Of a stretch of DNA of 64,000 nucleotides, positions 1-9,357 are shown piece after piece. The stretch's first letter is position 1. Each line of letters opens with the position of its first letter. Source of the stretch: an uncultured Solirubrobacteraceae bacterium. GTDB lineage: Bacteria > Actinomycetota > Thermoleophilia > Solirubrobacterales > Solirubrobacteraceae. Made by a program: the position numbers and the translations under genes. The notes under the pieces were generated by a model, which saw only the letters and a program-made list of their open reading frames with translations, was not told the DNA's origin and made no database searches. The stretch spans positions 14,106 to 78,105 of the forward strand of contig CAWALH010000002.1 of assembly GCA_963782925.1 (NCBI GenBank), in the 5' to 3' direction.

Positions 1-753
1 TTCCGCGCCGGTGAGCTTTTTCTGGAACGTGCCTTCCGGCCCGTACTCGCTGACGGCGTTGTGCGCCGGTTCGGCGAGATACAGCTCACCCGTCATGCCG
101 TCGACCGTCAGCCCGGCCTCGGCGTTGATTTCGGACGTCAACGCGAATCCTCCCGGCGGCGGCGTCAGTTTCGGCGGCGACGCGATTTCTTCTTCTTCTT
201 CGCCTTCGCCCAGCTTCCCTTCGCCGTTCGGTTTCAAGACGTCGACTTTCGACGCGCCCTGGACCACATACAGATCGCCTTTGTTCGGGCCGTTCGAGTT
301 GTCGACCGTCACGTACAGGAAGAACGACAGCGTGACCTTCTGCACGAGCTTGTATTTGCCCGCGCCTTCCGGCTTGAACACGAAGATCTGTTCCGGTTCG
401 GCCGATTCGCCGACGTAAACAAAGCCCGTCGTGTTGTTCACCGCGACGCTGCGCGTGAATTCTTCGGTGAATTTGCCGGCGCCGATCTGGTTGGCGCACG
501 AGTTCGACGGCGAGTACATGTCGATCACCTCGCCCACCGGTTCGGCCGCAAACAGGTTTCCGCTCGAGTCGAACGTCAGGCCCCACGGCCCGGCGAGCGG
601 GTTGCCTTTGCATTCGGTGATGCTTCCAACCGACGGGTGCGTCACTTCGGCGGAAGCGGTCGCGCTCAGCGTCAGCGCCCCCGCCATCGCGCCAAGGACG
701 AGCGCCCCTGACAGCATGAACCTTCTAATACGAGTCAACCCCCACACCTCCAT
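1..753 (-). CDS. Secreted beta-propeller (NHL-like) protein, runs off the left edge of the window
   Basis: Not in the ORF track because it has no stop inside the window. Manual translation: signal peptide (RRFMLSGALVLGAMAGALTLSATASA) then blade-like repeats GPWGLTFDSSGNLFAAE, SVAVNNTTGFVYVGES, GLTVDGMTGELYLAE. Start could be TTG 738, which follows GGAGGTG. Confidence 0.75.
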   Translation of the reverse strand, partial: MEVWGLTRIRRFMLSGALVLGAMAGALTLSATASAEVTHPSVGSITECKGNPLAGPWGLTFDSSGNLFAAEPVGEVIDMYSPSNSCANQIGAGKFTEEFTRSVAVNNTTGFVYVGESAEPEQIFVFKPEGAGKYKLVQKVTLSFFLYVTVDNSNGPNKGDLYVVQGASKVDVLKPNGEGKLGEGEEEEEIASPPKLTPPPGGFALTSEINAEAGLTVDGMTGELYLAEPAHNAVSEYGPEGTFQKKLTGAE

Positions 754-1000
754 GAATCCCTCTAGGACATTGTCTCGAGGTCATTCCTGCCAGTCGGCTC
801 GGTACGGCGGTGCCGAATTCCGGCAAGCAGCACGGTTCCCCACAGGCGCGACCCCTAGGGAACACATCATTCCCACGGATCATTCGTCGAACAAGGCGTG
901 TCTCTAACTATCAGTAAGAGATACCGCCCTATTTCAATTCATGGAACTGCTGTGCCGCAATGTGCGCGCGTGGATCAGCGCCGCTCGATACCGGAAACGC

Positions 1001-1738
1001 TTATCCTCCGGCCGGATTCGGACCCTTGACCGGGCGCAGCGGGCGGACCTCGGCAACCGGCTCGGTCGCGTCGTCGGACAGCTCCGACACCGTTCGTTCG
1101 AGTGCGCCGATCCGGCTCGACAGGGCCTGGATCGCCTCGGCGATCGGGTCGGGCAGGTGGATCCAGTCGGCGTCCGGCCCCTCCGGCTTACGGCCTTCCA
1201 CACGCACCGGGTGTCCCGGGTTGCCGACGACCGTCGAGTTCGCCGGCACGTCGGTGATCACGACGCTGTTCGCCCCGATCTTCGCGCCGTGGCCGACCGT
1301 GATCGGCCCGAGCAGCTTCGCGCCCGAGCCGATCGTCACGTTGTCCTGCACCGTCGGATGGCGCTTGCCCGTCGCGAATCCCGTCCCGCCGAGCGTCACG
1401 CCCTGGTACAGCGTCACGTCGTTTCCGATCTCCGCCGTCTCGCCGATCACCACGCCCGTGCCATGGTCGATGAACAGGCCGCTGCCGATCGAAGCCTTCG
1501 GGTGGATCTCGATCCCCGTCAGCGTCCGCGTCACCATCGAGACCAGCCGCGGCAGCAGCGGCACGCCGGCCGCGTCCAGCGCGTGTGCGATCCGATGCGC
1601 CAGCAGCGCGTGGATCCCCGGCCACGTCGCCAGCAGCTCGACCTGCCCGACGTCGCGCGCCGCCGGGTCGCGCGTGCGCGCCGCCTGCAGGTCGCGACGC
1701 ACCTCCCTGACGACGCGAGCTAGCTCGAGGCCGGCCAT
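1001..1738 (-). CDS. cysE: Serine O-acetyltransferase
   Basis: DPAAR, TGIEIHP, FIDHGTGVVIGETA, GKRHPT and hexapeptide repeats; adjacent to cysK. Confidence 0.95.
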   Translation of the reverse strand: MAGLELARVVREVRRDLQAARTRDPAARDVGQVELLATWPGIHALLAHRIAHALDAAGVPLLPRLVSMVTRTLTGIEIHPKASIGSGLFIDHGTGVVIGETAEIGNDVTLYQGVTLGGTGFATGKRHPTVQDNVTIGSGAKLLGPITVGHGAKIGANSVVITDVPANSTVVGNPGHPVRVEGRKPEGPDADWIHLPDPIAEAIQALSSRIGALERTVSELSDDATEPVAEVRPLRPVKGPNPAGG

Positions 1739-1846
1739 GCGCTAAGCGTAGCGCCGGAACCAGAGATCGTTGTGCGCGCAGCGATCTTCCGTGCCGCCCG
1801 ACATCCATCCTCATCGCCCCGGCAGGGGCGTCCTCTCAATCGGCGC

Positions 1847-2788
1847 TCACGGAGCGAAGAACGCCTGAGACACGTAGCGCTCGCCGGAGTCCGGCATCAC
1901 GACGACGATTCGCTTGCCCTTCGACTCCGGCCGCTGTGCGACCCGCAGCGCCGCCCACAGCGCCGCGCCGCACGAGATCCCCGCGAGCAGGCCCACGCGC
2001 CGTGCGCACGCCCACGCCGTCTGGATCGCGTCGTCGTCGGACACCGGCACGATCTCGTCGAGCAGCTCGACGTTCAGCACCGGCGGCACGAACCCCGCGC
2101 CGATCCCCTGGATCCGGTGCGGCCCCGGCTGCCCGCCCGACAGCACCGCCGAGCTCGCCGGCTCGACCGCCACGACCTTCAGTTGCGGGTTGCGCTCGCG
2201 CAGGTACTCGCCGACGCCCGTGATCGTCCCCCCCGTTCCCACGCCCGCCACCAGCACGTCGACGCGGCCGTCGAGCGCGCGCTCGATCTCCGGCCCCGTC
2301 CGCCTGCGATGCGCCTGCGGGTTCGCCGCGTTCGTGAACTGGTCGGGCAGGAACACGTCCGCGTCGCGCGCCATCGCCTGCGCCGCCTGCACCGCCTCGC
2401 TCATCCCCCCGAGCGACTCCGTCACCTCGACGCGCGCCCCGTACAGCCGCAGCAGGCTCTCGCGCTCGCGGCTCATCCCCTGCGGCAGCGTCAGCACGAG
2501 CTCGTACCCCTTCGCCGCGCACACGAACGCCAGCGCGATCCCCGTGTTGCCGCTCGTCGCCTCGACGATCGTCGTGCGCCCCGGCTCGATCCGTCCCTCC
2601 GCCTCGGCCGCCTCGATCATCGCCACGCCGATCCGGTCCTTCACGCTGCCGCCCGGATTGAACGACTCGAGCTTCGCGTACAGCTCGACGCCGTTCTCCT
2701 GCGCCGCCGTGCCCTCGAGCATCAGCGGCAGCGCCAGCAGCGGCGTGTCTCCCACGAGCTCCGAAATGTTGATCGGGATTCGACCCAT
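1847..2788 (-). CDS. cysK: Cysteine synthase A
   Basis: PLP lysine motif SVKDR, EATSGNTG, GTGGT, HRIQGIGAGF, PDSGERY. Confidence 0.95.
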   Translation of the reverse strand: MGRIPINISELVGDTPLLALPLMLEGTAAQENGVELYAKLESFNPGGSVKDRIGVAMIEAAEAEGRIEPGRTTIVEATSGNTGIALAFVCAAKGYELVLTLPQGMSRERESLLRLYGARVEVTESLGGMSEAVQAAQAMARDADVFLPDQFTNAANPQAHRRRTGPEIERALDGRVDVLVAGVGTGGTITGVGEYLRERNPQLKVVAVEPASSAVLSGGQPGPHRIQGIGAGFVPPVLNVELLDEIVPVSDDDAIQTAWACARRVGLLAGISCGAALWAALRVAQRPESKGKRIVVVMPDSGERYVSQAFFAP

Positions 2789-2813
2789 CGTCTCCCGGAC
2801 GATAGTGAAGCCC

Positions 2814-5102
2814 CTAGCGCCTGCGCGTCCTCTTCACGCTCAGCCGCACGCTCGACGACTGCGCGAGCGTCGGCGCCGGCACGACGCGCGCGATCGCCAG
2901 GCTCGCGTTGCCCTTGCCCCTGTGCGCGCGAAGCCACTTCTGACCGGCCTTGCTCAGCTTCACCGCGATCACCCGACTCGTCGCTGCCGACGAGATCGAG
3001 AAGCTCGCCGCGCCGATCGTCCGCAGCGTGTATCCACGGCCCTGCGCCTTGATCCTGTAGCTCAGCGCGACGCTGCCGCGGCACGTCCCCGCGCCGGTGC
3101 GCACCAGCCGCAGCGCGACGCTGCGGTAGCGCGTCACCGCCAGGCGCTTCTTCGCCAGCGACACGCGGCACGCACCGGACGACGCGATGAACGCCTGCAC
3201 GCCGCCCAACGCCCCGCCCGCCGTCTTCGACGAGCCGCTCCGCGTTCTGCTGCCCGGCGTTTCGTGTTTGGCTTCTTCGTTCGACCCGCCTTTGCCTTCT
3301 TCTCCTCCGCCGGGTTCTTCGCCTTCGCCTTCGCCTTCGGGCGTTTCGTAGGCGAACGCGTCCTTGCGCGACACCGCGCTCGTCCCTTTCGGCGTCCTCA
3401 CAGTCACGTCCACCTTGCCCGCCGGCGCCGCCGGCGTCACCACCGAGATTTCCCCGCCCGTCGACGCCGTGATCTTCGCCGCCACCGTGCCGAACAGGAC
3501 TTCTTCCACTTCCTCGAAGTTCTTGCCTTCGATCGTCACTTCGGCGCCCCCAGCGGTCGAGCCGTGGTCTGGCACGACGTTCGTCACGACCGGCGCTTCG
3601 ATCGTCGCCACGGGCTGTTCAGCGAACACCCACGCCGCGCCCATGCTCGTCTGATCGCGCGGCGCGCCCACCGCCGCGACCGACGCATCGCCCGACAGCG
3701 CGACCGCCGTGCCGAGCCACCCCCTGCCCTTCGCGTCGTCGCCCCCGAGCCCCTGCGACAGGCGCGTCCACGTCGTGCCTTCGCGCGTCAGCACCGTCAC
3801 CGTCCCGATCCCCTGCCGCGCGCGCGGCGCGCCGATCAGCGCCGTGTCACCGTCGGCCGACAGCGCCATGCTCGTCCCGAAGCGTCCTTCCCAGTCAGGG
3901 CCCGTCCCCACGTTCGCACCGATCTCCGGCCCCTGCTCGGCAAACGCGCCGCCAGAGGAGACGAACGCCCACACCGCACCGCGCTCGCCTTCCGCGTCCT
4001 GCGCGCTGACCAGCGCCGTGCCGCCGTCGGCCGACAGCGCGACGGTCTTGCCGAAGTGGTTGTTCGGGAGCACGCCTTCGCCACGCAGCTTGCCCGGCTG
4101 CTGTTCCCATCCCGTCTTGCCCAGCTTGAACGTCCACGCCGCGCCCGTGAAGTTTTCATCGCCAGGGCCGCCCGCGATCGCCGTCGCGCCGTCGCTCGAC
4201 AGCGCGACGCTGCGTCCGACGTGCGCCGTTTCGCTTTCTTCCTCGTCCGTCAGCTCCTTCTGCGGCGTCCACGTCGTGCCTTCGCGAACGAACACCCACG
4301 CGCTCCCGCGCTGGCCCTTCGCCGACGGATCCCCGATCAGCGCCGTCGCACCGTCCGCCGACAGCGCCACGCTGCGGCCGAAGCGTCCTTCGTCGGCTTC
4401 TTCGCCGGCTTCGATCGGTTTGCCGACCAGCGTCGCCGTGTGCGTCCACGTCGTGCCTTCGCGCGTCAGCACCCACACCGCTCCCGGCGCCGACGTCGCC
4501 GACGGGTCGCCGACGAGCGCCGTGTCGCCGTCGGCCGACAGCGCCACGCTGCTGCCGAACGCGCATTCGCTCGCGCCTTCGCCCGCTTCCGCCGGTTCTT
4601 CCGTGCATTCGCTCGAGCATCCCGAGCTGCCCGTCGTGCATTCGCCTTCGCCCGCGACTTCGCCCGGCGTCAGCCTCGCGCCCTGCTGCGTCCACGTAGA
4701 CCCCGACCGCGTGTACACGTACACCGCGCCGCGGCCATCCTTCGGCGCGCCCACGATCAGCGTGCCGCCGTCCGCCGACAGCGCCGCGCTCGACCCCAGG
4801 CGTCCGCCCGGATTCTCGCCCACACTCGGCAGCTTGCCGCCCTGCTGCACCAGCACGTAGCCCGTCTTCGCGGCGTTCGTGCCGAGCGGCGCGATCGCGA
4901 GCGCGACGAGCGCCAGCACGAGCACGCCGAGCAGCAGCGGCCCGCGCCGGCGCATCTGCCGGCGCGTGCGCGTCTGCCGGCGCGTGCGCGTCTGCCCGAC
5001 CGGCCCGCGGCCGGTCGGCTGACGCCCCCCGCCGAGCCCGCTGCGGGCTCCGGTGATCGAGCGATCCATCGCTTGCGGCGGACTCACCGGTCCGTGATCC
5101 AT
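2814..5102 (-). CDS. Secreted FG-GAP-like beta-propeller protein with IPT/TIG domain and basic C-terminal domain
   Basis: Hydrophobic signal segment; repeated FGxSVALSADGxTALVG...GAVWVF blades; PVVTNVVPDHGSTAGGAEVTIEG is IPT/TIG-like. Start uncertain (ATG 5102 follows GGAGG). Confidence 0.8.
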   Translation of the reverse strand: MDHGPVSPPQAMDRSITGARSGLGGGRQPTGRGPVGQTRTRRQTRTRRQMRRRGPLLLGVLVLALVALAIAPLGTNAAKTGYVLVQQGGKLPSVGENPGGRLGSSAALSADGGTLIVGAPKDGRGAVYVYTRSGSTWTQQGARLTPGEVAGEGECTTGSSGCSSECTEEPAEAGEGASECAFGSSVALSADGDTALVGDPSATSAPGAVWVLTREGTTWTHTATLVGKPIEAGEEADEGRFGRSVALSADGATALIGDPSAKGQRGSAWVFVREGTTWTPQKELTDEEESETAHVGRSVALSSDGATAIAGGPGDENFTGAAWTFKLGKTGWEQQPGKLRGEGVLPNNHFGKTVALSADGGTALVSAQDAEGERGAVWAFVSSGGAFAEQGPEIGANVGTGPDWEGRFGTSMALSADGDTALIGAPRARQGIGTVTVLTREGTTWTRLSQGLGGDDAKGRGWLGTAVALSGDASVAAVGAPRDQTSMGAAWVFAEQPVATIEAPVVTNVVPDHGSTAGGAEVTIEGKNFEEVEEVLFGTVAAKITASTGGEISVVTPAAPAGKVDVTVRTPKGTSAVSRKDAFAYETPEGEGEGEEPGGGEEGKGGSNEEAKHETPGSRTRSGSSKTAGGALGGVQAFIASSGACRVSLAKKRLAVTRYRSVALRLVRTGAGTCRGSVALSYRIKAQGRGYTLRTIGAASFSISSAATSRVIAVKLSKAGQKWLRAHRGKGNASLAIARVVPAPTLAQSSSVRLSVKRTRRR

Positions 5103-5195
5103 GATCCTCCGTACCTTGTCTGCGTCGTCGCGCGTGCCGGCGTGCGCATCCCGCACCACCGACCCCCGCGCGCTCAGCGCGTGTCTCCGCCACGC

Positions 5196-5224
5196 AAAGT
5201 AAACGCAACATGACGCGAAGTCAA
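5196..5224 (-). promoter_or_regulatory. Sigma70-type promoter for the FG-GAP protein gene
   Basis: Minus strand TTGACT-17 bp-TACTTT. Confidence 0.65.
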
Positions 5225-5276
5225 TGGACGGTGCGTTTCTTGGGCACGCGTCGGAACGGCGGGGGCGCGAGCTGCG

Positions 5277-5669
5277 TCAGATGTGGTACATGCTCGCGCC
5301 CGCTTCGCGCAGCTCGCGCTCGATCACATCCGCGATCGTCGTCTCCGCGAGCACCTTGCGCGCCGCCGCCGCCGCGTCCGCGAACGGTCCCTCCGCGTCG
5401 CGCCCGAGCGGGCCGTCGAGCAGCTCGACGATCTCCAGCACCGTCACGCTCGACGGGTCGCGCGCGAAGCGGTAGCCGCCCTTGACCCCGCGCTGCGAGC
5501 TGATCACGCCCGCGCGCCGCAGCACCGCGAACAGCTGCTCGAGGAACTGCACCGGCACGTCGCGCTTGCGCGCCAGCTCGCCGATCGGCACCGGCTCGGT
5601 CCCCGAGCTGCGCGCCAGCTCGGCCAGCGCCAGCACCGCGTACGGGGACTTGCTCGTGATCGAGATCAC
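5277..5669 (-). CDS. Rrf2 family transcriptional regulator (CymR-like, no Fe-S cysteines)
   Basis: YAVLALAELA...FLEQLFAVLRRAGVISSQRGVKGGY; no Cys triad; near cysK/cysE. Confidence 0.9.
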   Translation of the reverse strand: MISITSKSPYAVLALAELARSSGTEPVPIGELARKRDVPVQFLEQLFAVLRRAGVISSQRGVKGGYRFARDPSSVTVLEIVELLDGPLGRDAEGPFADAAAAARKVLAETTIADVIERELREAGASMYHI

Positions 5670-5751
5670 GCGGACATCACAACAGCGATGCTACGCAACA
5701 CGCCACCGACAGGGCCACGCGGCACGCGTCGCGCCAGTGCGGCGGAAAGAG

Positions 5752-6927
5752 CTACAGCCAGCCGCGCTCGGTGGCGATCAGAACCGCCTGCGCGCGGTCG
5801 ACCGCGCCGAGCTTGCCGTAGATGTTGTGCAGGTGCGTGCGCACCGTGCTCGTCGACAGCGTCAGCTCGTGCGCGATCTGCTTGTACACCTTGCCCTCGG
5901 CCAGGCGCTGAAGCACGCTCAGCTCGCGGCCCGACAGCGGGCACGGGTCGACGTGGCGGCGGCGCTGGCTCGGCGCGCTCGGAAGTTCGTACATCACGCG
6001 CCGCAGCTCGGCCGGGCCTAGCCCGACGGCGCGCGCCGTGCGCAGCATTTCAGCCGGCGACACCGGCGCGCCCTGCTCGTAGTGCGCGAGCATGTCCGCG
6101 AGGCGCACGAACGCCGCCTCGCCCTCAGCGTCGGTGTTGTGGTGGCGCTCGATCGTCGACGCGATGCTCGCCGGCAGCCCCCAGCGTCGCGCGAGCACGC
6201 CGCCGACCAGCGCGTGGTCGACGCCCAGCTCGCGCCGCTCCTGGTGGATCCTTTCCTCCGGCGTCCGCGCGCCGCGGTGGACCTGAGACGGGTAGCCCGG
6301 ATACGCGTGCAGCAGCACGAGCTTGCCGATGTCGTGCAGCAGGCTCGTCGCCGTCAATCGGTCGCGGTGCTCGAAGCCGACCTCCGCCGCGATCCGGTCG
6401 GCCGCGTGCTGCGTCGCCAGCGCGTGCAGGCGAAAGCGCTCCGGCGCCGCCTCCCACACGCTCGAGCGCTCGAAGAAGTCGAACGTGCGCACGCGCGCGG
6501 CAAGCCCCTGCACCGTCTGCGGCGTCAGCAGCTCGACCGCCGCCACCGCCGTGTCGACGCGACCGCGGCCGCCCTGCGCCTGGTTGGCCAGGCGCAGCAC
6601 CGCGATGATCAGCGCCACGTCCGACTCGACCGCCGTCACGACGTCAGCCGTCGCGACGTGGTCTTTCGAGACGACCGAGATCAGCCGGTCGCGCGACTCC
6701 GCCAGCGCCGGGAACGCCTCGAGCGCTTCGAACGCCATCGTCAGGCGACGGCCGTGACCCTCGTTCTGGTGGCGCTCGCCGGCCGGAGCGCTCGCCGGGG
6801 CGGCGCCGTTGCTCGACGCGCCATCGGCAGGCGTCGCCGCCTGCTTGCGCACCCGTGGCTTCGGCGTTGCGCTCGTGCTCGGTTTCGTGGCTGTCTTGGG
6901 CTTTGTCTTGGCAGCGGTTGCGTTCAT
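5752..6927 (-). CDS. HDOD domain / LuxR-type HTH transcriptional regulator
   Basis: HDOD motifs VLRLAN, LLHDIGKLVL, DHALVGGVLARRWGLP, HH; C-terminal LSGRELSVLQRLAEG...TVRTHLHNIYGKLG. Confidence 0.85.
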   Translation of the reverse strand: MNATAAKTKPKTATKPSTSATPKPRVRKQAATPADGASSNGAAPASAPAGERHQNEGHGRRLTMAFEALEAFPALAESRDRLISVVSKDHVATADVVTAVESDVALIIAVLRLANQAQGGRGRVDTAVAAVELLTPQTVQGLAARVRTFDFFERSSVWEAAPERFRLHALATQHAADRIAAEVGFEHRDRLTATSLLHDIGKLVLLHAYPGYPSQVHRGARTPEERIHQERRELGVDHALVGGVLARRWGLPASIASTIERHHNTDAEGEAAFVRLADMLAHYEQGAPVSPAEMLRTARAVGLGPAELRRVMYELPSAPSQRRRHVDPCPLSGRELSVLQRLAEGKVYKQIAHELTLSTSTVRTHLHNIYGKLGAVDRAQAVLIATERGWL

Positions 6928-7063
6928 GCTTGGGCAGACTTGGATCTTCGACCGTCCGTGTCGGGCCGCTCCGTACCCCTATCGGCAGCTGTCCGCGAGA
7001 GATTGAGCCCTGCGGTCAGGAAAATGTCCAGTCGACGGAGGCCGTCTGGCCCGCGGAGGCCGT

Positions 7064-8467
7064 CTAGCTCGTGCAGGTCGCCTGGCCCGCGGAGGCGCCG
7101 GCGAGCGCGGAATCGATCCGCCGCAGCGTCTCCTCGCGGCCGAGCAGCGCGACGCTCTCGAAGATGCCCGGCGAGATCGTCGTGCCGCACAGCGCCACGC
7201 GCAGCGGCTGATAGACCTCGCGCGGCTTGCGCTCCCCGCGCGCGAGCACGCCTTCGAGCGCCGCCTCGACGTCAGCCTCGGAGAACGACTCCGCCCGCGC
7301 GAGCGCGTCACGCACCTCGACGAGCGTCGCACGACCGCGCTCGTCGAGCCAGCGCTCGCGCGCCTTCGCGTCCTCGACCGGCGCGTCGAGCAGCGGGCCC
7401 GTCAGCGGCCAGAAGTCGGCCAGCGTGTGGATCTTCTCCTGGCTGATCTCGACCGCGCGCGAAAACCGCGGGTCATCCCGGGATCCCGCATGGCCATTGG
7501 CATCAAGGTATGACCCGACGCGCTCGGCGAGCTGCTCGGGCGCCATCCGGCGGATCTGCACGCCGTTCAGCCAGCGCAGCTTGACCTCGTCGAAGCGCGC
7601 CGGGTTGCGGCTGACCGAGTCGAGCGTGAAGCGCTCGATCAGCTCGGGCGTCGACAGCACCGTCTGATCGTCGCCCGACCCCCACCCGAGCAGCGCGATG
7701 TAGTTGCGCACGGCCGCCGGCACGTACCCCGCGTCGCGCAGCTCGCCGACCGACGCCGCGCCGTGGCGCTTTGAGAGCTTCTTGCCGTCCGGGCCGTGCA
7801 GCAGCGGCAGGTGCGCGTATTCGGGCACCGGCGCGCCCTCGCCGAGGCCGACGCGCTCGGCCGCCTCGAGCACGAGCAGCTGCTTCGGCGTGTTCGACAG
7901 GTGGTCCTCGCCGCGCACGACGTGCGTGATCCGCGCGTCGAGGTCGTCGATCGCGACGGCGAAGTTGTAGAGCACCGTGCCGTCGGCGCGTGCGATCACC
8001 GGCTCGTCCATGTGCACGTGCTCGAAGCGCGTCTCGCCGCGGATCGCGTCGTGCACGACCGTCGCGCCGTCGGCCGGCACGCGCAGGCGCACCGCCCCGG
8101 TCTCCTCCGGCTCGCCGCGATAGCCGCGGTCGGCGCCGTACAGCTCCTTGAACGCCTTGACGTCATCCGCCGTCGCGCTCGAGCGGTACGCGAGGTCGGC
8201 GTCGAGCAGCGCCTGCAGCGCTTCGCGGTGGCGCGCGTCGCGGTCGGTCTGCATGATCGGCCCCTCGTCCCAGTCGAGCTCGAGCCAGCGCAGCGAGTCG
8301 AGGATCTGCTCGACGTTCTCCGGCGTCGAGCGCTCGCGGTCGGTGTTCTCGATCCGCAGCACCATCGCGCCGCCGAAGTGACGCGCGAGCAGCCAGTTGA
8401 ACAGCGCCGTGCGCGCGCCCCCGATGTGGAGCGCGCCGGTCGGCGACGGTGCGAAGCGAACCCTCAT
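7064..8467 (-). CDS. gltX: Glutamate--tRNA ligase
   Basis: RVRFAPSPTG, HIGG, RGEDH, KLSKR, anticodon-binding domain PLRVALCG. Confidence 0.93.
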   Translation of the reverse strand: MRVRFAPSPTGALHIGGARTALFNWLLARHFGGAMVLRIENTDRERSTPENVEQILDSLRWLELDWDEGPIMQTDRDARHREALQALLDADLAYRSSATADDVKAFKELYGADRGYRGEPEETGAVRLRVPADGATVVHDAIRGETRFEHVHMDEPVIARADGTVLYNFAVAIDDLDARITHVVRGEDHLSNTPKQLLVLEAAERVGLGEGAPVPEYAHLPLLHGPDGKKLSKRHGAASVGELRDAGYVPAAVRNYIALLGWGSGDDQTVLSTPELIERFTLDSVSRNPARFDEVKLRWLNGVQIRRMAPEQLAERVGSYLDANGHAGSRDDPRFSRAVEISQEKIHTLADFWPLTGPLLDAPVEDAKARERWLDERGRATLVEVRDALARAESFSEADVEAALEGVLARGERKPREVYQPLRVALCGTTISPGIFESVALLGREETLRRIDSALAGASAGQATCTS

Positions 8468-8478
8468 AATCCGCTCGC

Positions 8479-9357
8479 ATGCTAATCGGCGCACACGTCT
8501 CGCCCGCGGGCGGCCTGCCGAAGGCGATCGAACGCGGCGTCGAGCGCGGCTGCCGCGCGATCCAGATCTTCAACCAGTCGCCGCGCCAGTGGAAGCCGAC
8601 GGCCTACCGCGACGACGACGTCGCCGCGTTCCGCGACGCGATGGTCGACAGTCCGATCGACGCCGTCCTGATCCACGCCGTCTACCTGCTCAACTGCGCC
8701 TCAGACGACGCCGACATCCGCGCCAAATCGCTCACTTCGCTGACGCACTCGCTGCGCGTCGGCCGCGCGATCGGCGCGAGCGCCGTCGTGCTGCACCCCG
8801 GCTCGGCCAAGACCGGACACGTCGGCGACGCGATCGCCCGCGCCGGCGAGACGATCGCCGCCGCACTCGGCGACAGCGAGGGCTGCGAGCTGCACCTCGA
8901 GAACACCGCCGGCGCCGGCGGCACGCTCGGACGCTCGCTCGACGAGCTCGCCGCGCTGCTCGACGCCGCCGGCGGCGACGCGCGCCTCGGCGTCTGCCTC
9001 GACTCCTGTCACCTGCTCGCCTCCGGCTACGACATCCGCACGCCGCAGAAGCTCGGCGCCGTCCTGCGCGAGTCAACCCGCGCGCTCGGCCGCGGCACGG
9101 TCCGCTCGCTGCACCTCAACGACTCGCAGACGCCGCTCGGCTCGAACCGCGACCGGCACGCGAACATCGGCGACGGCGAGCTCGGACGCAAGGGCTGCGC
9201 CGCGTTTCTCTCTGCCCCCTCGCTGCAGAAGCTGCCGTGCATCCTCGAGACGCCCGGCGAGAACCGCGACGGGCCGAAACGCGAGGAAATCAAGCTCGCG
9301 AACCGGCTGCGCGAGCAAGGGATCGCCGCTCGGGCGAAGCTCCGCAAGTCGCCTTAG
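8479..9357 (+). CDS. nfo: Endonuclease IV (AP endonuclease)
   Basis: GAHVS, HAVYLLN, HPGS, LENTAG, CLDSCH, HLNDS, DRH, ILETP. Confidence 0.93.
   Translation: MLIGAHVSPAGGLPKAIERGVERGCRAIQIFNQSPRQWKPTAYRDDDVAAFRDAMVDSPIDAVLIHAVYLLNCASDDADIRAKSLTSLTHSLRVGRAIGASAVVLHPGSAKTGHVGDAIARAGETIAAALGDSEGCELHLENTAGAGGTLGRSLDELAALLDAAGGDARLGVCLDSCHLLASGYDIRTPQKLGAVLRESTRALGRGTVRSLHLNDSQTPLGSNRDRHANIGDGELGRKGCAAFLSAPSLQKLPCILETPGENRDGPKREEIKLANRLREQGIAARAKLRKSP

Noticed and set aside
1001-5669. Functional link between cysE/cysK/Rrf2 and the sulfur-carrier cassette
   Set aside because: More than 50 kb apart with no shared motif seen; the proximity is not evidence.
7046-7096. 15-bp direct repeat CTGGCCCGCGGAGGC around the gltX stop
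   Set aside because: Only 36 bp apart with nothing mobile between; a minor local duplication.
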